From Chrysemys picta bellii (lineage: Eukaryota): a stretch of 64,000 nucleotides of DNA. Under the pieces are notes generated by a model that did not search any database, was not told the origin of the DNA, and worked only from the letters and a program-made list of their open reading frames with translations. The stretch is taken from contig NC_088798.1 of assembly GCF_011386835.1 (NCBI RefSeq), positions 109,430,001 through 109,494,000 of the forward strand. Reading direction: 5' to 3'. A program made the translations under genes and the position numbers. Position 1 is the first letter of the stretch. Each line of letters begins with the position of its first letter. This document shows, piece by piece, positions 22,686-35,142 of the stretch.

Positions 22686-23496
22686 TGTTAGGTTGTGGAA
22701 TAAATATGAAAGTAAAGAACTAAAGTTAGCTTTGGTTAAGAAAATATACGCACTGTGAAGCAAGGTACTGACTAGCTAGTAGAAGGAAGGCTTTGAAAAT
22801 CATGAGTTATGGGGCCAGAAGGAATGAAGGAGGAAGGATGTCTGGTTCAAAAAGTAATTAACGAGGCAAGGGACAGTTTCTACAAAGACGGCCTCTGATC
22901 GGTAGGGGAGACTGCAGACGGTTTCAAATAAGACAACAAGAATCTGTCTTAAAAGGAGCCAACATGGACTCTCTCACCCCAGATACCTGTGCTATCTTAA
23001 AACTAAAGGCTAGGTGAGCCCAGGTGCCATGAAAAAGCTGTTGGACAGCAGGTAGGAGGGGAAGAGATGAGGAGGAAAGACCTTGGGAGAACGGAGGTTG
23101 TAAATCCTCTCTGGATTAAATTTGAAAACTAGGGTGAACTGTCTCCAAGTATTTGTTAGCTCAAGTGGTAATGGGCTATGGCAGCATTGGTTTGTTGGGG
23201 GTATAAAAAGTGTGATGAGTTTGAGGGTTCTTTGTCAGACCCTACGTCATCAGGCTGGAGCACGCCAGGATGAGACTGTTTTCCCTAGATCTGGCCCATC
23301 CATAAGTATACCGAATACATTGTGACTGTCTCGGGTGTAATGACTGCTTATTTTTAGGCAGTCAGGCATGTTTTGAGCAACTGTATAAAGTATTATTTGG
23401 CCTTTGGACTCAATAAAGGAATGTACAGTTAAATTAGTGTCTGGTAGTCTCCCATATTAATATTAATTATTTCTAATATTACTAATAATTCCAACT
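22686..23496 (+). mobile_element. Probable solo LTR in CLTB intron 1 (antisense to CLTB)
   Basis: AT-rich island starting TGTTAGG, TATAAAA 23202-23208, AATAAA 23412-23417, ending ...TTCCAAC(T); no clean TSD. Confidence 0.5.
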
Positions 23497-24636
23497 GAGG
23501 TGAAGGCTATTTGGGGCAAAGGGGAGCCAGACTCCAGCCCCTTTGATGGCCTTGGAGGGGTAGTGGAGCACCGAGAAGAGGCCCCTGCCTCCATCTAGAG
23601 AGGGATGTGGGTTCTCCCCAATGACATGCAGGCAGGCAGGGGCCTGCAGCTCAGTTGGACCCCCATGTCCTGGATTCACACAGCCAATGCAGCCGGGCAT
23701 GGGCCAGACCAGCCATGGGGCTCACAGCTTCCTTCCTGGGAATCAGGCAACTTCACAGCTACAGTCCAGCTGAGCTAATGGCCTTAGGGGAGGCTACTCA
23801 GGGGAGAGACAGCATGAAACAGGGGCATGAGGAAGCAGACTTCGACCTTCCACCCTGCCAGCTGCTCCAGTCAGAGCAGGGCCTTAGATCCCTCTCTGTT
23901 GCTGCTTCCTATCCCTGCACAGCCGCACCCTCCTTTCTCTTCCACCCTGTCACACTCCTGCACACACACTCTAAGTAGGTGGCTACACCCAGTGCCGTGG
24001 CTTGCTAGATCTTGTCTGGCAGCATTTCCAGCTGCCACTCCCAATGCCTCCCTGGGCCCCGAGTCTGGCTCTGCTGTGAACTCCACTGACCTGTCCCTAC
24101 GCTGGGCTAGAGGAGAGCCAGGCCTGCTGCCTTCCCGGCCCTGGTGTGCTCATGTCAGTGTGACAAGCTGACCACCCTTCACAAGCTCACCCCCCAGCCA
24201 GCATGAGGGGCCCCTTATTGCCTGAATGAGCCACAAAGACTGAGCCTCCGCTCCATGGCAGCGGGATCACGGCAGGGCAGAGCTGGGGCAGCTCGCCTTC
24301 GCCCTGCTGCTGTCTGACTTCAGCCCAGTAGTCCTACGGGGCAGGAGCTCCGGGGGCACGTCACACTGAGAAGTGGCGGCTGTGTCCTGATCTTTAGTAA
24401 GCAGCACTGGGAGAGCAGAGACCAAAGCCAGCAGAGCCAGGAGCAGCCATGCTGTCCATTGAACTCCAGGGTAACATCATCTGTGCTCGGCCCACGCCAG
24501 AGCTCCAAGTCCTGTAGAGATGGGACCTGGGAACCCTGAGAGCCCTACTCCCCGGGCAGGCAGGTGAGCCCATTCCACCCCTGGCAGAGTGGGGAATGGA
24601 ACCCAGGAGTCCTGACTCGCAGTCCCTCCCCATGTA

Positions 24637-24809
24637 CACCTCTACCCCGATATAACGCAACCCGATAGAATACGAATTCAGATACAACGCGGTAAAGCAG
24701 TGCTCCGGGGGGGGGGGGGATCAAAGCAAGTTTGATATAACGCGGTTTCACCTATAACGTAGTAAGATTTTTTGGCTCCCGAGGACAGCGTTATATCGGG
24801 GTAGATGTG
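24637..24809. mobile_element. Tc1/mariner (Tigger-like) MITE
   Basis: 22-bp TIRs CACCTCTACCCCGATATAACGC (1 mismatch), TA on both flanks; sister copy at 55904-56076. Confidence 0.85.
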
Positions 24810-25104
24810 TACTTTAACCATGAGACCATGCTCCTGTGTCCAAAACCTCTCTTCTATTCCTGGGACAAAGCAGTTACTGCCCAGCTCCAGCCAGGTTGCT
24901 GGCTGTTACCAGCCCGACATCCTTCCCCCAGCCACAAGCGGGAAGAGGAGTTAGAAGGAGACAAATCCCCACAGCTAGGTCCCCCAGACCCACCCCAGTG
25001 AAGGACATGGGGACATGCTCCTAAAAGGGGAGGGGGGGGGCTGCTTGTCAAGCCAAAGGAGGCCGTTGCTCACAGCTGTAGCACCATGTACAGTCAGCAT
25101 AGGG

Positions 25105-25660
25105 GACGCAACTGTGCCCCAGGGGTCATGGCCCACCCCCAGCAGAAGACCCAGGCTGGGACCAGCCCCGTGGGGGGGGGAATCCCCATCACCCAGCCCC
25201 ACTGGGGGCCACACACCATGCCCAGCCCCGGGGGGGGGGGGGTCATGGCCCACCCCCAGCAGAAGCCCCAGGCTGGTCCCAGCCCCCTGTGTGTGTGTGT
25301 GTGTGTGTGTGGTAAGCCCCATCACCCAGCCCCACTGGGGGTCACAAGCCATGCCCAGCCCCGGGGGGGGGGGTCATGGCCCACCCCAGCGGGGGCCCAG
25401 CCCCGGGGGGGGGGTAATCCCCATCACCCAGCCCCACTGGGGGCACACGTCGTGCCCAGCCCCGGGGGGTCATGGCCCACCCCAGCGGGGGGAATCCCCA
25501 TCACCCAGCCCCACTGGGGGCACACGCCATGCCCAGCCCCGGGGGGGGTCATGGCCCACCCCAGCGGGGGCCCAGCCCGGGGGGGGGTAATCCCCATCAC
25601 CCAGCCCCACGCCGTGCCCGGGGGGGGGGGTCATGGCCCACCCCCAGCCCAGCAAGGGCC
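25105..25660. repeat. GC-rich minisatellite at the start of CLTB intron 1
   Basis: 5 copies of CCCCATCACCCAGCCCCA and 6 of TCATGGCCCACCCC with variable G-runs; contains a (TG)n tract near 25290. Confidence 0.8.
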
Positions 25661-25691
25661 CTGCCCCAGCCCGGCTCCCCCCCGCACTCAC

Positions 25692-25857
25692 CCCCCACGT
25701 CCGGGGCCTGCCCCGGGCCCCCGTCGGCCGCCCCGAAGCCCTCGTCGTTCTCGATGCCGGCGATCTCGCTCTCCTGCTGGGCCAGGAAGGCGGCGGCGGG
25801 GTCCTCCTCCGGGGCGCCGCTCTCCGACGACGAGAAGAAGCCGAAGTCGTCGGCCAT
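25692..25857 (-). CDS. CLTB: CLTB exon 1
   Basis: MADDFGFFSSSESGAPEEDPAAAFLAQQESEIAGIENDEGF; G|GTGAGT donor. Six exons total 669 nt = 222 aa (204 aa without exon 5). Confidence 0.97.
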
Positions 25858-27740
25858 GGCGGCCCCGCCGGACGAGCACGGGCGCTGCCTGGCCGCCGCG
25901 CAGCGCTCGGAGCCGGGAGGCGGACGGGGCGGCGGGGCCCGGGCGCGGCTGTCACTGCGGCGGGCGGGCGGGCGGAGCCAGGCGGCGGGCGGGGCGCGGG
26001 GGGCCCGGCTTGCTCTGGGGCGGAGCACAGCGCCCGCGAGGTGGGCCAGGCTCGTCCCCCTAAGGCGGGACCCTCCGCGGAGCAGGGCCGCGGCGGGGCG
26101 CCCTAGAGGGGACCCCCAGGCGGGCGCTGGGGGGGTGGAGCGGGTGCGGGCCGCTGGGACACCAGCTCCCCATAGCGAGCAGCCTCCCAGCCCCCGGCCT
26201 GCCCCCCGAACCCGCAGGCACAGCGGAGGGGTGCGGAAGAGACCCCCCCTCACTTCGCAGCCACCCGCTCCTTTCCCGGAGCCCCGGGACGCTCCTTGGG
26301 GCAGGGCCCTGATCTGCAAAGCCCCGAAGGCACCGGGGGAACAGGCCAGGATTCCTGCAGGATGCCCGTGACCGGGCACATCGGGAAATAGACTCCCGGA
26401 CTCAGCAGAGCCTGTGCCCTAAGAAACAGACGTGCGCTTACCTGCTCAAACCTGCACAGGGCTCAGTTTGTTCCCTTCTTCTGAATTTGGCCCGGCACAT
26501 TTTTTGTAATGTCTTGGGACAGCTTTTACCCATCTCACCTTGAGCCACAGCTGGTCAGTGCGGAGACAAGCCGGCACCATAAGGCATTAGTTACCAAACA
26601 TGGAAACACCACCCTTCTCCTCCTCTGGGTACCCAGAAAGTGTGTGTGTGGGGTGATACCCCCCGGCCACGTCAGCCCTGCCAGTCCAGAATGGCTCTGG
26701 GATGTTTCTGGAGTGTGCAGCCAGGGGTGTTCTTGGGAGTCTGCCCATAATCTCAGTTTCTCCCAAGCCCTCTGCTTTGACAATTCCTCACATTCACTAA
26801 CCCTGATGCTGGCAAAGAATCCAGGCGAGGACACCAGTTTGCAGATCTGTAAGGGAGTGTACTGGAGGGGGACAATCGCCCACTATCTGGTGCCATTTGT
26901 TACCGGTGTGAAGGGGGGGTGATGTGTGTATGTACAGGGGGGTGGCCATTGGGGGTGGCGGGAGATGGTGTGGGGACGTGAATTCAGCAGAGGGCAAGAA
27001 CGAAGTTCACACAAATGATCAGGGACTGTCAAAACAAGCCTATCCCCGGTGACAAGTGAGTGCTCCAGCAGACATTGGGGCAGGAATGTTAAACCCCCGT
27101 TTCAGGATTAAACCAGACACTATTTGAAACCAGGAGGAGACCTGGGCGGGGGATGGCAGGGACAGATTCTCCCCGTTTGGCCCCGGCGGGTTCTGGCATC
27201 TCCCTCTGCAGCACCTGGTGCTGAGCACAGTCAGAGATTGGGACCTGGGGCCTGTCCTGTGTCCCAGGAGAGAGGAGAAAGGTTGCCCAGGCCTAGGAGA
27301 ATGCAGTGCGGGGAGCTGGCCCCGTCCGTGGCCTGTGCAGCCCGGCAGCTGTGCCCGCATGGAGCTGAGGCTGCAGCCCCAGGAAGCCAGTCCCATGGTC
27401 ATGGAAGGGCCAGGGCCAGGGCCAGGCTGTGGCCGGAGGCCAGATTCGAACCAGGCAGTCCACAAGTGACCACGGCCTTCGGGCGTCTCCGGACAGCTTC
27501 GTCCCGAATTCGGGAACCTCCGCTGGTAGGTCATGTGGAACATGTGCCAGGGTTCGGGTATTTCCGGACAAGCCCGAGTGAGGTTCGGGCATCTCCGGAT
27601 GGCGCTCGGCCGTTTCCGGCTGGCCCAGAGAAGCGGCCGTTGGCCATGGGGCCGGCTAACCAGCGCCAGGCCGGAAGTGCGGCGGCGTGGTACGTCAGTT
27701 CCGGAGAGTGACGGAGCGGCGGGTCAGAGGCGGCAGCAAA
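25858..27740. promoter_or_regulatory. Divergent CLTB and FAF2 promoters (CpG-rich at both ends)
   Basis: GC boxes near 25900-26300; ETS CCGGAAGT 27671-27678 and further TTCCGG cores; YY1-like AAAATGGCGGC over the FAF2 ATG. Confidence 0.7.
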
Positions 27741-27803
27741 ATGGCGGCGCCTGAGGAGCGGGAGCTGACGGCGGAGCAGACCGAGAGGCTGCTGCAGTTC
27801 CAG
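27741..27803 (+). CDS. FAF2: FAS-associated factor 2 (UBXD8), exon 1
   Basis: MAAPEERELTAEQTERLLQFQ; CAG|GTGCCG. Eleven exons total 1338 nt = 445 aa with UBA, membrane hairpin, UAS, coiled coil and UBX regions. Confidence 0.96.
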
Positions 27804-28530
27804 GTGCCGGCCCGGGGGGAGCCGGGCCTGGGGCCCCGCAGCGGCCCGAGCGGGGAGCGGTGTGAGGGGGCCGGGCCGCCCCGGCCTCGACTTCCCCGGC
27901 GGGGCCTCGGGGGCCGCCGACCCCTCTCCCGTTAGGGGCTCGCTGGGCTGAGCCGGGCCCTGCCCCCGGGAGCTGGAGCGCGGCCGGGAGCTCCACCCGG
28001 GGCGGTTATCGGGCGCCGGTCACGCGGCTGGGCAGGACCCTGGGCGAGGGGCCGGGCCCCGGGGGGGGCGTTGCCAGGGGCTGCAGCTCACGGACCGTCC
28101 GTGCACGGGGCCCGGAGCTGTGCAGCCCTCGGGACGGGGCCTCCCCCTGCAGCCCACGGCGCGGGCACAGCGCCCACGCGGAGCCCTCCGGGAGCAGGGG
28201 CATCGCTCTGCCCCTCGCAGCCCCCATGCTGCCCCCTGGTGCTCTGGCTCGCCGGCGCTTCGGGCCGGGGGTTAGCTATTTACTGCTTCTGCAGAGTGCA
28301 CTGCTGGACGCTGCTGGTGATTGGTGAACACGGGAAGTGAGTTGTGAATGAGTCAGTGCACCTGCCTGCAGGAAAATCTTCACGGACTGCCCCAGCCTCT
28401 TTAATTACATGGTCTCGGACATGCCTTGCATGCTTGCTAGTGCGGAGCCGGAAGCTTTCCGTGGGGGGACTAAGCAGGCAGTTTCTCATTCCCTTTGTCA
28501 AATAAGCTGCTAACCTCATCGTTTTGAAGG

Positions 28531-28615
28531 GCATAGATTTTTAAGGCTAGAAAGGACCCTTGTGATAATGTAACCTGACCTGTATAACATAGGCCATAGA
28601 ACTTCAGCCAGTAAT
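28531..28615 (-). mobile_element. Short CR1 3'-end fragment
   Basis: CATAGATTTTTAAGGCTAGAAAGGACC...CATAGGCCATAGAAC resembles the reverse complement of a CR1 3' UTR. Confidence 0.55.
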
Positions 28616-28828
28616 CAGCCACACACTTTGTTTGTGGATGTTGAGTACAATTATTTAGATATTAGCTGTGATTTTTCACATACATCATGAAATTTGCATG
28701 GCTAAAAAGCATATATGGAGATGTGACCCCATGAGTGCTTTGCAAAGCATGCATGTCCCAGATGTAGGTGAACATGATGGGGGAAGTGGTGGTCAGGAAA
28801 CCATGTTGGTAGACCGGAAAGAGACAGG

Positions 28829-30375
28829 TTTCAAAGTGGTAGCTATGTTAATCTGTATCAGCAAAAAGAACGAGTACTTGTGGCACCTTAGAGACTAACA
28901 AATTTATTTGAGCATAAGCTTTCGTGGGCTAAAACCCACTTCATCAGATGCATGCAGTGGAAACTATAGTAGGAAGATATATATACACAGGACATGAAAA
29001 AATGGGTTTTGCCATTACTAACTATAACGAGAGTAATCAGTTAAGGTGGGATATTATCTGCAGGAGAAAAAAACTTTTGTAGTGATAATCAGGATGGCCC
29101 ATTTCCAACAGTTGACAAGAAATTGTGAGTAACAGTAGGGGAAAAAGAAATTAGCACAGGGAAATACATTTTACTTTGTGTAATGACCCATCCACTCCCA
29201 GTCTTTATTCAAGCCTAATTTAATGGTGTCAAGTTTGCAAATTAATTCCAATTCTGCAGTTTTTCGTTGGCGTCCGTTTTTGAAGTTTTTTTGTTGGAGT
29301 ATTGCGACTTTGAGGTCTGTAATTGAGTGACCAGAGAGGTTGAAGTGTTCTCCGACTGGTTTTTGAATGTTATAATTCTTGATGTCTGATTTGTGTCCAT
29401 TTATTCTTTTGCATAGAGACTGTCCGGTTTGGCCAATGTACATGGCAGAGGGGCATTGCTGGCACATGATGGCATATATCACATTGGTAGATATGCACAT
29501 GAACAAGCCCCTGATGGTGTGGCTGATGTGATTAGGTCCTATGATGGTGTCACTTGAATAGATACGTGGACAGAGTTGGCAATGGACTTTATTGCAAGGA
29601 TAGGTTCCTGGGTTAGTGTTTTTGTTTTGTGGTGTGTGGTTGCTGGTGAGTATTTGCTTCAGGTTGGGGGGCTGTCTGTAAGTGAGGACTGGCCTGTCTC
29701 CCAAGATCTGTGAGAGTGAGGAATTGTCCTTCAGGATAGGTTGTAGATCCTTGATGATGCGCTGGAGAGGTTTTAGTTGGGGGCTCAAGGTGACAGCTAG
29801 TGGCATTCTGTTACTTTCTTTGTTGGGCCTGTCCTGGAGTAGGTGACTTCTGGGTACTCTTCTGGCTCTGTCAATCTGTTTGTTCACTTTAGCAGGCGAG
29901 TATTGTAGTTGTAAGAATGCTTGATAGAGATCCTGTAGGTGTTTGTCTCTGTCTGAGGGGTTGGAGCAAATGCAGTTGTATCTTAGAGCTTGGCTGTAGA
30001 CAATGGATTGTGTGGTGTGATCTGGATGAAAGCTGGAGGCATGTAGGTAAGTATAGCGGTCAGTAGGCTTCCGGTATAGGATGGTGTTTGTGACCATCGC
30101 TTATTAGCACTGTAGTGTCCAGGAAGTGGATCTCTTACGTGGACTGGTCCAGGCTGAGGTTGATGGTGGGATGGAAATTGTTGAAATCATGGTGGAATTC
30201 CTAAAGGGCGGCTTTTCCATGGGTCCAGATGATGATGATGTCATCACTGTAGTGCAAGTAGAGTAGGGGCGTTAGGGGACGAGAGCTAAGGAAGCATTGT
30301 TCTAAGTCAGCCATAAAAATGTTGGCATACTGTGGGGCCATGCGGGTACCCATAGCAGTGCTGCGGACTTGAAGG
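28829..30375 (-). mobile_element. Penelope-like retroelement (RT C-half plus GIY-YIG endonuclease), 5'-truncated
   Basis: TAMGTRMAPQYANIFM and degenerate YSDD RT motifs with stops near 30370-30110; ORF 29171-30097 with VIYAIMC..MYIGQT GIY-YIG; 3' terminus with hammerhead. Confidence 0.93.
28912..28951 (-). ncRNA. Minimal type I hammerhead ribozyme in the Penelope 3' terminus
   Basis: GCAU-CUGAUGA-A-GUGGG(UUUUAG)CCCAC-GAAA-G-CUU/AUGC: full core, 5-bp stem II, 4-bp stem I, palindromic AGCU stem III. Confidence 0.8.
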
Positions 30376-31370
30376 GTGAGATAGTAACACAGTGGAGGCA
30401 GGAGGTTATCTTGGAAAGAATTGAGCCCATCCCTGTGTGGCTTGCAGGGTCCACGTGGACTTTTGTCATTGATCAGTTCTTAAATGTTTATAAAAACCTA
30501 AGGAAGTTTTTAATTAAAAAAAAAAAAATAACCTGGAGTTAAGGTTAAAAGGATCTATTATACATGGACTGTTTGTTACTTTAAAGAAGACTGCAGTCTG
30601 CATAACAGCTGTATAATTAAAAGGTAATTAAAGTCTTTAAGGTCAGTGATAAAATGAAACCAGGTGATGAAAGGATAATGTTTCTCAACTTTTGGTTGTT
30701 TACATGATTCCCTTATGAACGGAGGGCAGAGTTAAGGTGGTTTGAGTTAACTGTGCATTTGTGTACTTACAGGTATCTTGGATTTCTTTTTTAAATGGGG
30801 AACTTTAACTTGGAATTTCCAGGCTCAATAAGGTGTCTACTGAGAAAATTCATAGTTCTTGAAAAAACAAACCCTTGAAAAGAAGTGATTCTTTCAACTT
30901 CAAATTTCTGTTTGTTATAGAAAAATAGCTTCTATTTTAAGTCAAACATAAATATGAAGTGCTTTTGTATCCTTGAATTGTCCTATCCAATACTGTGTGA
31001 GCAACAAAAGGTTCTTAATTTGGTTTTGGTCAAGGGCTGTCTTTTGGGACATCTGTAGAGAGAAGCTGGATGTGAGTAGGTTTGGGCAATCCAGAGAGAG
31101 ATGCACTCCTGTTTGTTAGGAGCTAGAACAAAGTGAGGCTGCTTTTGTAGGATTTAATTATTGATCCATGTTCATTTCTGGCCTGATTCTCAAACTTCTG
31201 ACTGTTTAATGTAATGATGGTTGAGCGTTGGCTTTCCTCTGCAGACACAGAATGGGATAGTTTCTGTTGTGATGAGAATAAATTTGCTTTCAAAACTGTA
31301 GTGTCATTCAAAAAAAAAAACCTGAACCTACTTTTAAGCTAAATTAATTTAAGCTAACAAAAGTAAAATA

Positions 31371-32148
31371 CAACAGAGGGTCCTGTGGCACCTTTAAGAC
31401 TAACAGAAGTATTGGAGCATAAGCTTTCATAGGTGAATGCCCACTTCATCAGACGCAAGTAATGGAAATTTCCAGAGGCAGGTATAAATCAGTATGGAGA
31501 TAACTAGGTTAGTTCAATCAGGGAGGGTGAGGTGCTCAGCTAGCAGTTGAGGTGTGAACACCAAGGGAGGAGAAACTGCTTCTGTAGTTGGATAATCATT
31601 CAGTCTTTGTTTAATCCTGATCTGATGGTGTCAAATTTGCAAATGAACTGGAGCTCAGCAGTTTCTGTTTGGAGTCTGGTCCTGAAGTTTTTTTGCTGTA
31701 AGATGGCTACCTTTACATCTGCTATTGTGTGGCCAGGGACGCTGAAGTGTTCTCCTACAGGTTTTTGTATATTGCCATTCCTGATGGCTGACTTGTCCAT
31801 TTATCCTCTTGCGTAGTGACTGTCCAGTTTGGCCAATGTACATAGCAGAGGGGCATTGCTGGCACATGATGCCATATATAACATTGGTGGATGTGCAGGT
31901 GAATGAACCGGTGATATTGTAGCTGATCTGGTTAGGTCCTGTGATGGTGTTGCTGGTGTAGATATGTGGGCAGAGTTGGCATCGAGGTTTGTTGCATGGG
32001 TTGGTTCCTGAGTTAGAGTTGTAATGGTGCGGTGCGTGGTCGCTGGTGAGAATATGCTTAAGGTTGGCGGGTTGTCTGTGGGCGAGGACTGGCCTGCCTC
32101 CCAAGGTCTGTGAAGTGAGGGATCATTGTCCAGGATGGGTTGTAGATC
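31371..32148 (-). mobile_element. Second Penelope-like fragment (GIY-YIG region), different subfamily
   Basis: Frameshifted GIY-YIG (VIYGIMCQQCPSAMYIGQTG); 11-bp TSD AAAGTAAAATA at 31360-31370 and 32149-32159; hammerhead 31417-31456 with G-U wobbles. Confidence 0.9.
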
Positions 32149-32999
32149 AAAGTAAAATAGTGGCATGCCGCTGAAAGGAGCCAAACATCTCTTTAGTTTG
32201 AGAAGTGGAGAGAGATGAAACTTGTTAGCAAAATGCCACTGATACTTTGGGCATCACAGTACATATCAAAACCCTTGATAAACAGCTTGCAAAGAAATTC
32301 TCTTCTAAAAAAGATTTGGGAAAGGCTTTTGTGTTGCTAGACGTCAGATGCTCTTCACCCTTGGAAACATAATTCTCTGGAATTTGGCAGTGGGTTGGGA
32401 ATTAACAGTAGTGCCAGTTATGAGGGTGTGAGGACTTGCATCTTGTATGTGATGTTTCAACATATGAGTCTTCCAGAGAAAGAGCAACTTCCTTAAAGTC
32501 TAATATACAAACCCCCACGATCTTATGCTTACTAGTACTGACCTCTTGAGCAAATATGCTACTAAAACATTGAATTCCACTTCTCACTGCTTTGAGCTGA
32601 GACGCTTTCAGGGATTTTAATCTGCATCTCAAAACTGTAGGGAACAGACTGCCTCACAAAGCAGCTTCAACCTTTTTTATTAAGGTTCTGTATCTTATAT
32701 GAGAAGTTGAAGTGGTATATGGGAGACAAACGTTGAACTTTCTAGATGCTTGTTTTTAATGGGGCTTTTGTGGTTCTTGATATTTTAGTTTTGGAAAGTT
32801 TCTATTATGTAGTGCATTCAGCATTCATGCATTCTGAGCCCTCATGTTAGGTTGCATTGTTCTGCTTGGGAGCCTGTTTGTGACTGCTGGTTTGCTGGGA
32901 TTAGCTTTTTTTTGTTATCTCTTTTATATTTGTCTAAAGGTGTAGTAAGAAGTAAAGCGAATTGAGTAAAAGCACAAGGCCTGTGAATTCAGAGAGAGA

Positions 33000-33499
33000 T
33001 ACAGTACATAGATACTCTGGTGATGGAAGGCTTCTGACACTCGGGGTGCCACGGCTCTGGGCAGGGGGCTCAGGGCTTCTGCCCCACAGGAGCACTGGGG
33101 TTCAAGGTTTTAGACCTGGGGGGGAGCACTGGGGCTCAGGGCTCTAGCTACAGGGGGGCTGAAACAGGCGCTCCCCTCATAGCTAAAGCCCCAGCGCCTC
33201 CTGTGGGGCTGAAGCCCCAAGCCCAGCACCCCACATGAGGCGGAAACCGGGAGTGGAGCTGCAGGGCTGAGCCCCCGCCTGGAGCCCTGACCACCCCTCC
33301 ACCTTGCGACTGCAGTTCCAACCCCCTGTGGCCGAAGCCCTGAGCCCCAGGGCTAGAGCCCCAAGGCAGTGCAGTATTTGCTTTTTGTTTGGGTTTTTTG
33401 TCTGCGCTGCTGCCTGATTGATTTACTTTCAATTCCACAGGTTGTCCAGTTGACCAGTAAGACACTAACTCTGATGCTCATATCTGAGGTTCTACCGTA
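33000..33499. mobile_element. Degenerate non-autonomous DNA transposon with GC-rich interior
   Basis: GGGCTGAAGCCC-type internal repeats; right end GAGGTTCTACCGTA resembles a Tigger-type terminus; left end unclear. Confidence 0.4.
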
Positions 33500-35142
33500 T
33501 AGCAATAAAGGGGAAAATTATGGTTAAGTGGAATTATTTGAAAATGTCATTTGGGCACTTGAAACTAAAGACTAATAAAATGTGCTTCATTTCCTTGCGG
33601 GAAAACCTTTACGTGATGATATCTGACAAATTCACATAGATACTGGAAATTAAAGCTGACTGCAATTGAAGTGTGGTATTTACTTCAGATTTCTAACATG
33701 GTCTTGCTGGCTAGTGTTTTTAAAAAAAAAAAGGCGGGGGGGGGGGGGGCGGGCGTCTTGCTGTTAATACAAAGGTCCCTAAAAGCTATAGGAAAACTAC
33801 ATTAATATTTTGCCAGCAAGAATGGTCTAAGCATGGTTCTTGACTGACAATTTGAACTGTAGTCATACCAGGCATTAACATTCAGTGGGAAAACTATTTT
33901 CAGCATCAATGAGAGAGTTCAGAGATGTTCATAAATTATGTTGCCTCTACTCTGGAACGTGGTAGTAAGAGTGCTGTTTAACAACCTAATGCTGGTACCT
34001 GAGGTTGCATCTACACAGGCAGTTTTGAAGGAAACCTCCCATCACTGCACCATCACCAGTACATCTCCATTGGTTGTAACAATGCTGGGAGTACTAACGC
34101 AAATTGTGGTCAAAATGTTGTAGGCTGGTCTACACTAATGCTCCCACTCCTGGAAGTTTTCTTGAAAATTGCCGTTGTGGATAAGGCCTGGAATGTTACC
34201 AAGAACACAACTGCCATACTACAGTGATGGTCAGTGAATAGTGTTGTGAATTAGTACTCCTCAAAACATACACATAGCTAACCAGCTCTGTAAGCACCCC
34301 TGCAAATGTTCTAAAGATCAGCACTCTTTAAAACAAATGGAACTTAGGCAACAAACTGTGATGTATATTTGCTTTTCATCCAAAAACTGCTACTGTATTT
34401 TGCATAACTTAAAAAGGAGAGAATGTTCTGTCAGGGCAGGCAGTCCTGTTAACAGCGCCCAGCAGTAATCCTGATCTGTAGAAACAAAGGTGTGAACAAG
34501 TTTCTGAATCTTGTAAATATGCAGTCGCTAGCAGCATTTCAGGGTTATTAAAAGAGGTGGTGATGAAGAGCTTTACAACACATGCTATTCAAAGGCTTAG
34601 ATGCTCCACTGTAAAAACTCAAATGCCTGAACAAATAGGAGGCACAGGGATAAAGTATATGCTTGTGTCCACTCAGGTCCAGTGCTTTGAAAAGGCATCC
34701 AGAATGTACATGCATTGAGGTCTAGGCTCCACTACAACGTTAGGTCAATGTAAGCCACCTTGTGACAACCTAGTTATGCATGTGTCTACACTTACATTTG
34801 TCTCCTACCTAGGTAAGCACGCTGTTACATTAATGCAGTAACACCATCTCCCCAAGTGGCATTGGGCCATGGTCAATGTACTGAGGTCAACACAGTACAA
34901 GTGTAGATACCGCATTTCCTATGTTAACCCTAACAGACTTCCTGCAGCTGTCTCACAATGCCCGAAACCAACCACTCTGGTCAAAATTGTGAATTTCAGT
35001 GCCTGGGGTCACAGAGACCGGACGCCTCCCCCCGACACCAACCTGTTAAAGCACTGCAGATTTTTGAAATGCATTTTCCTGATTGTCTTGTTTGACGAGC
35101 ACAACTAGCAGTTCTCCAATGTTGTGTGTAACTGCCCAGCTG

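Noticed and set aside
25015-26371. 190-325 aa ORFs at the CLTB 5' end
   Set aside because: Explained by the minisatellite and the antisense frame of GC-rich exon 1.
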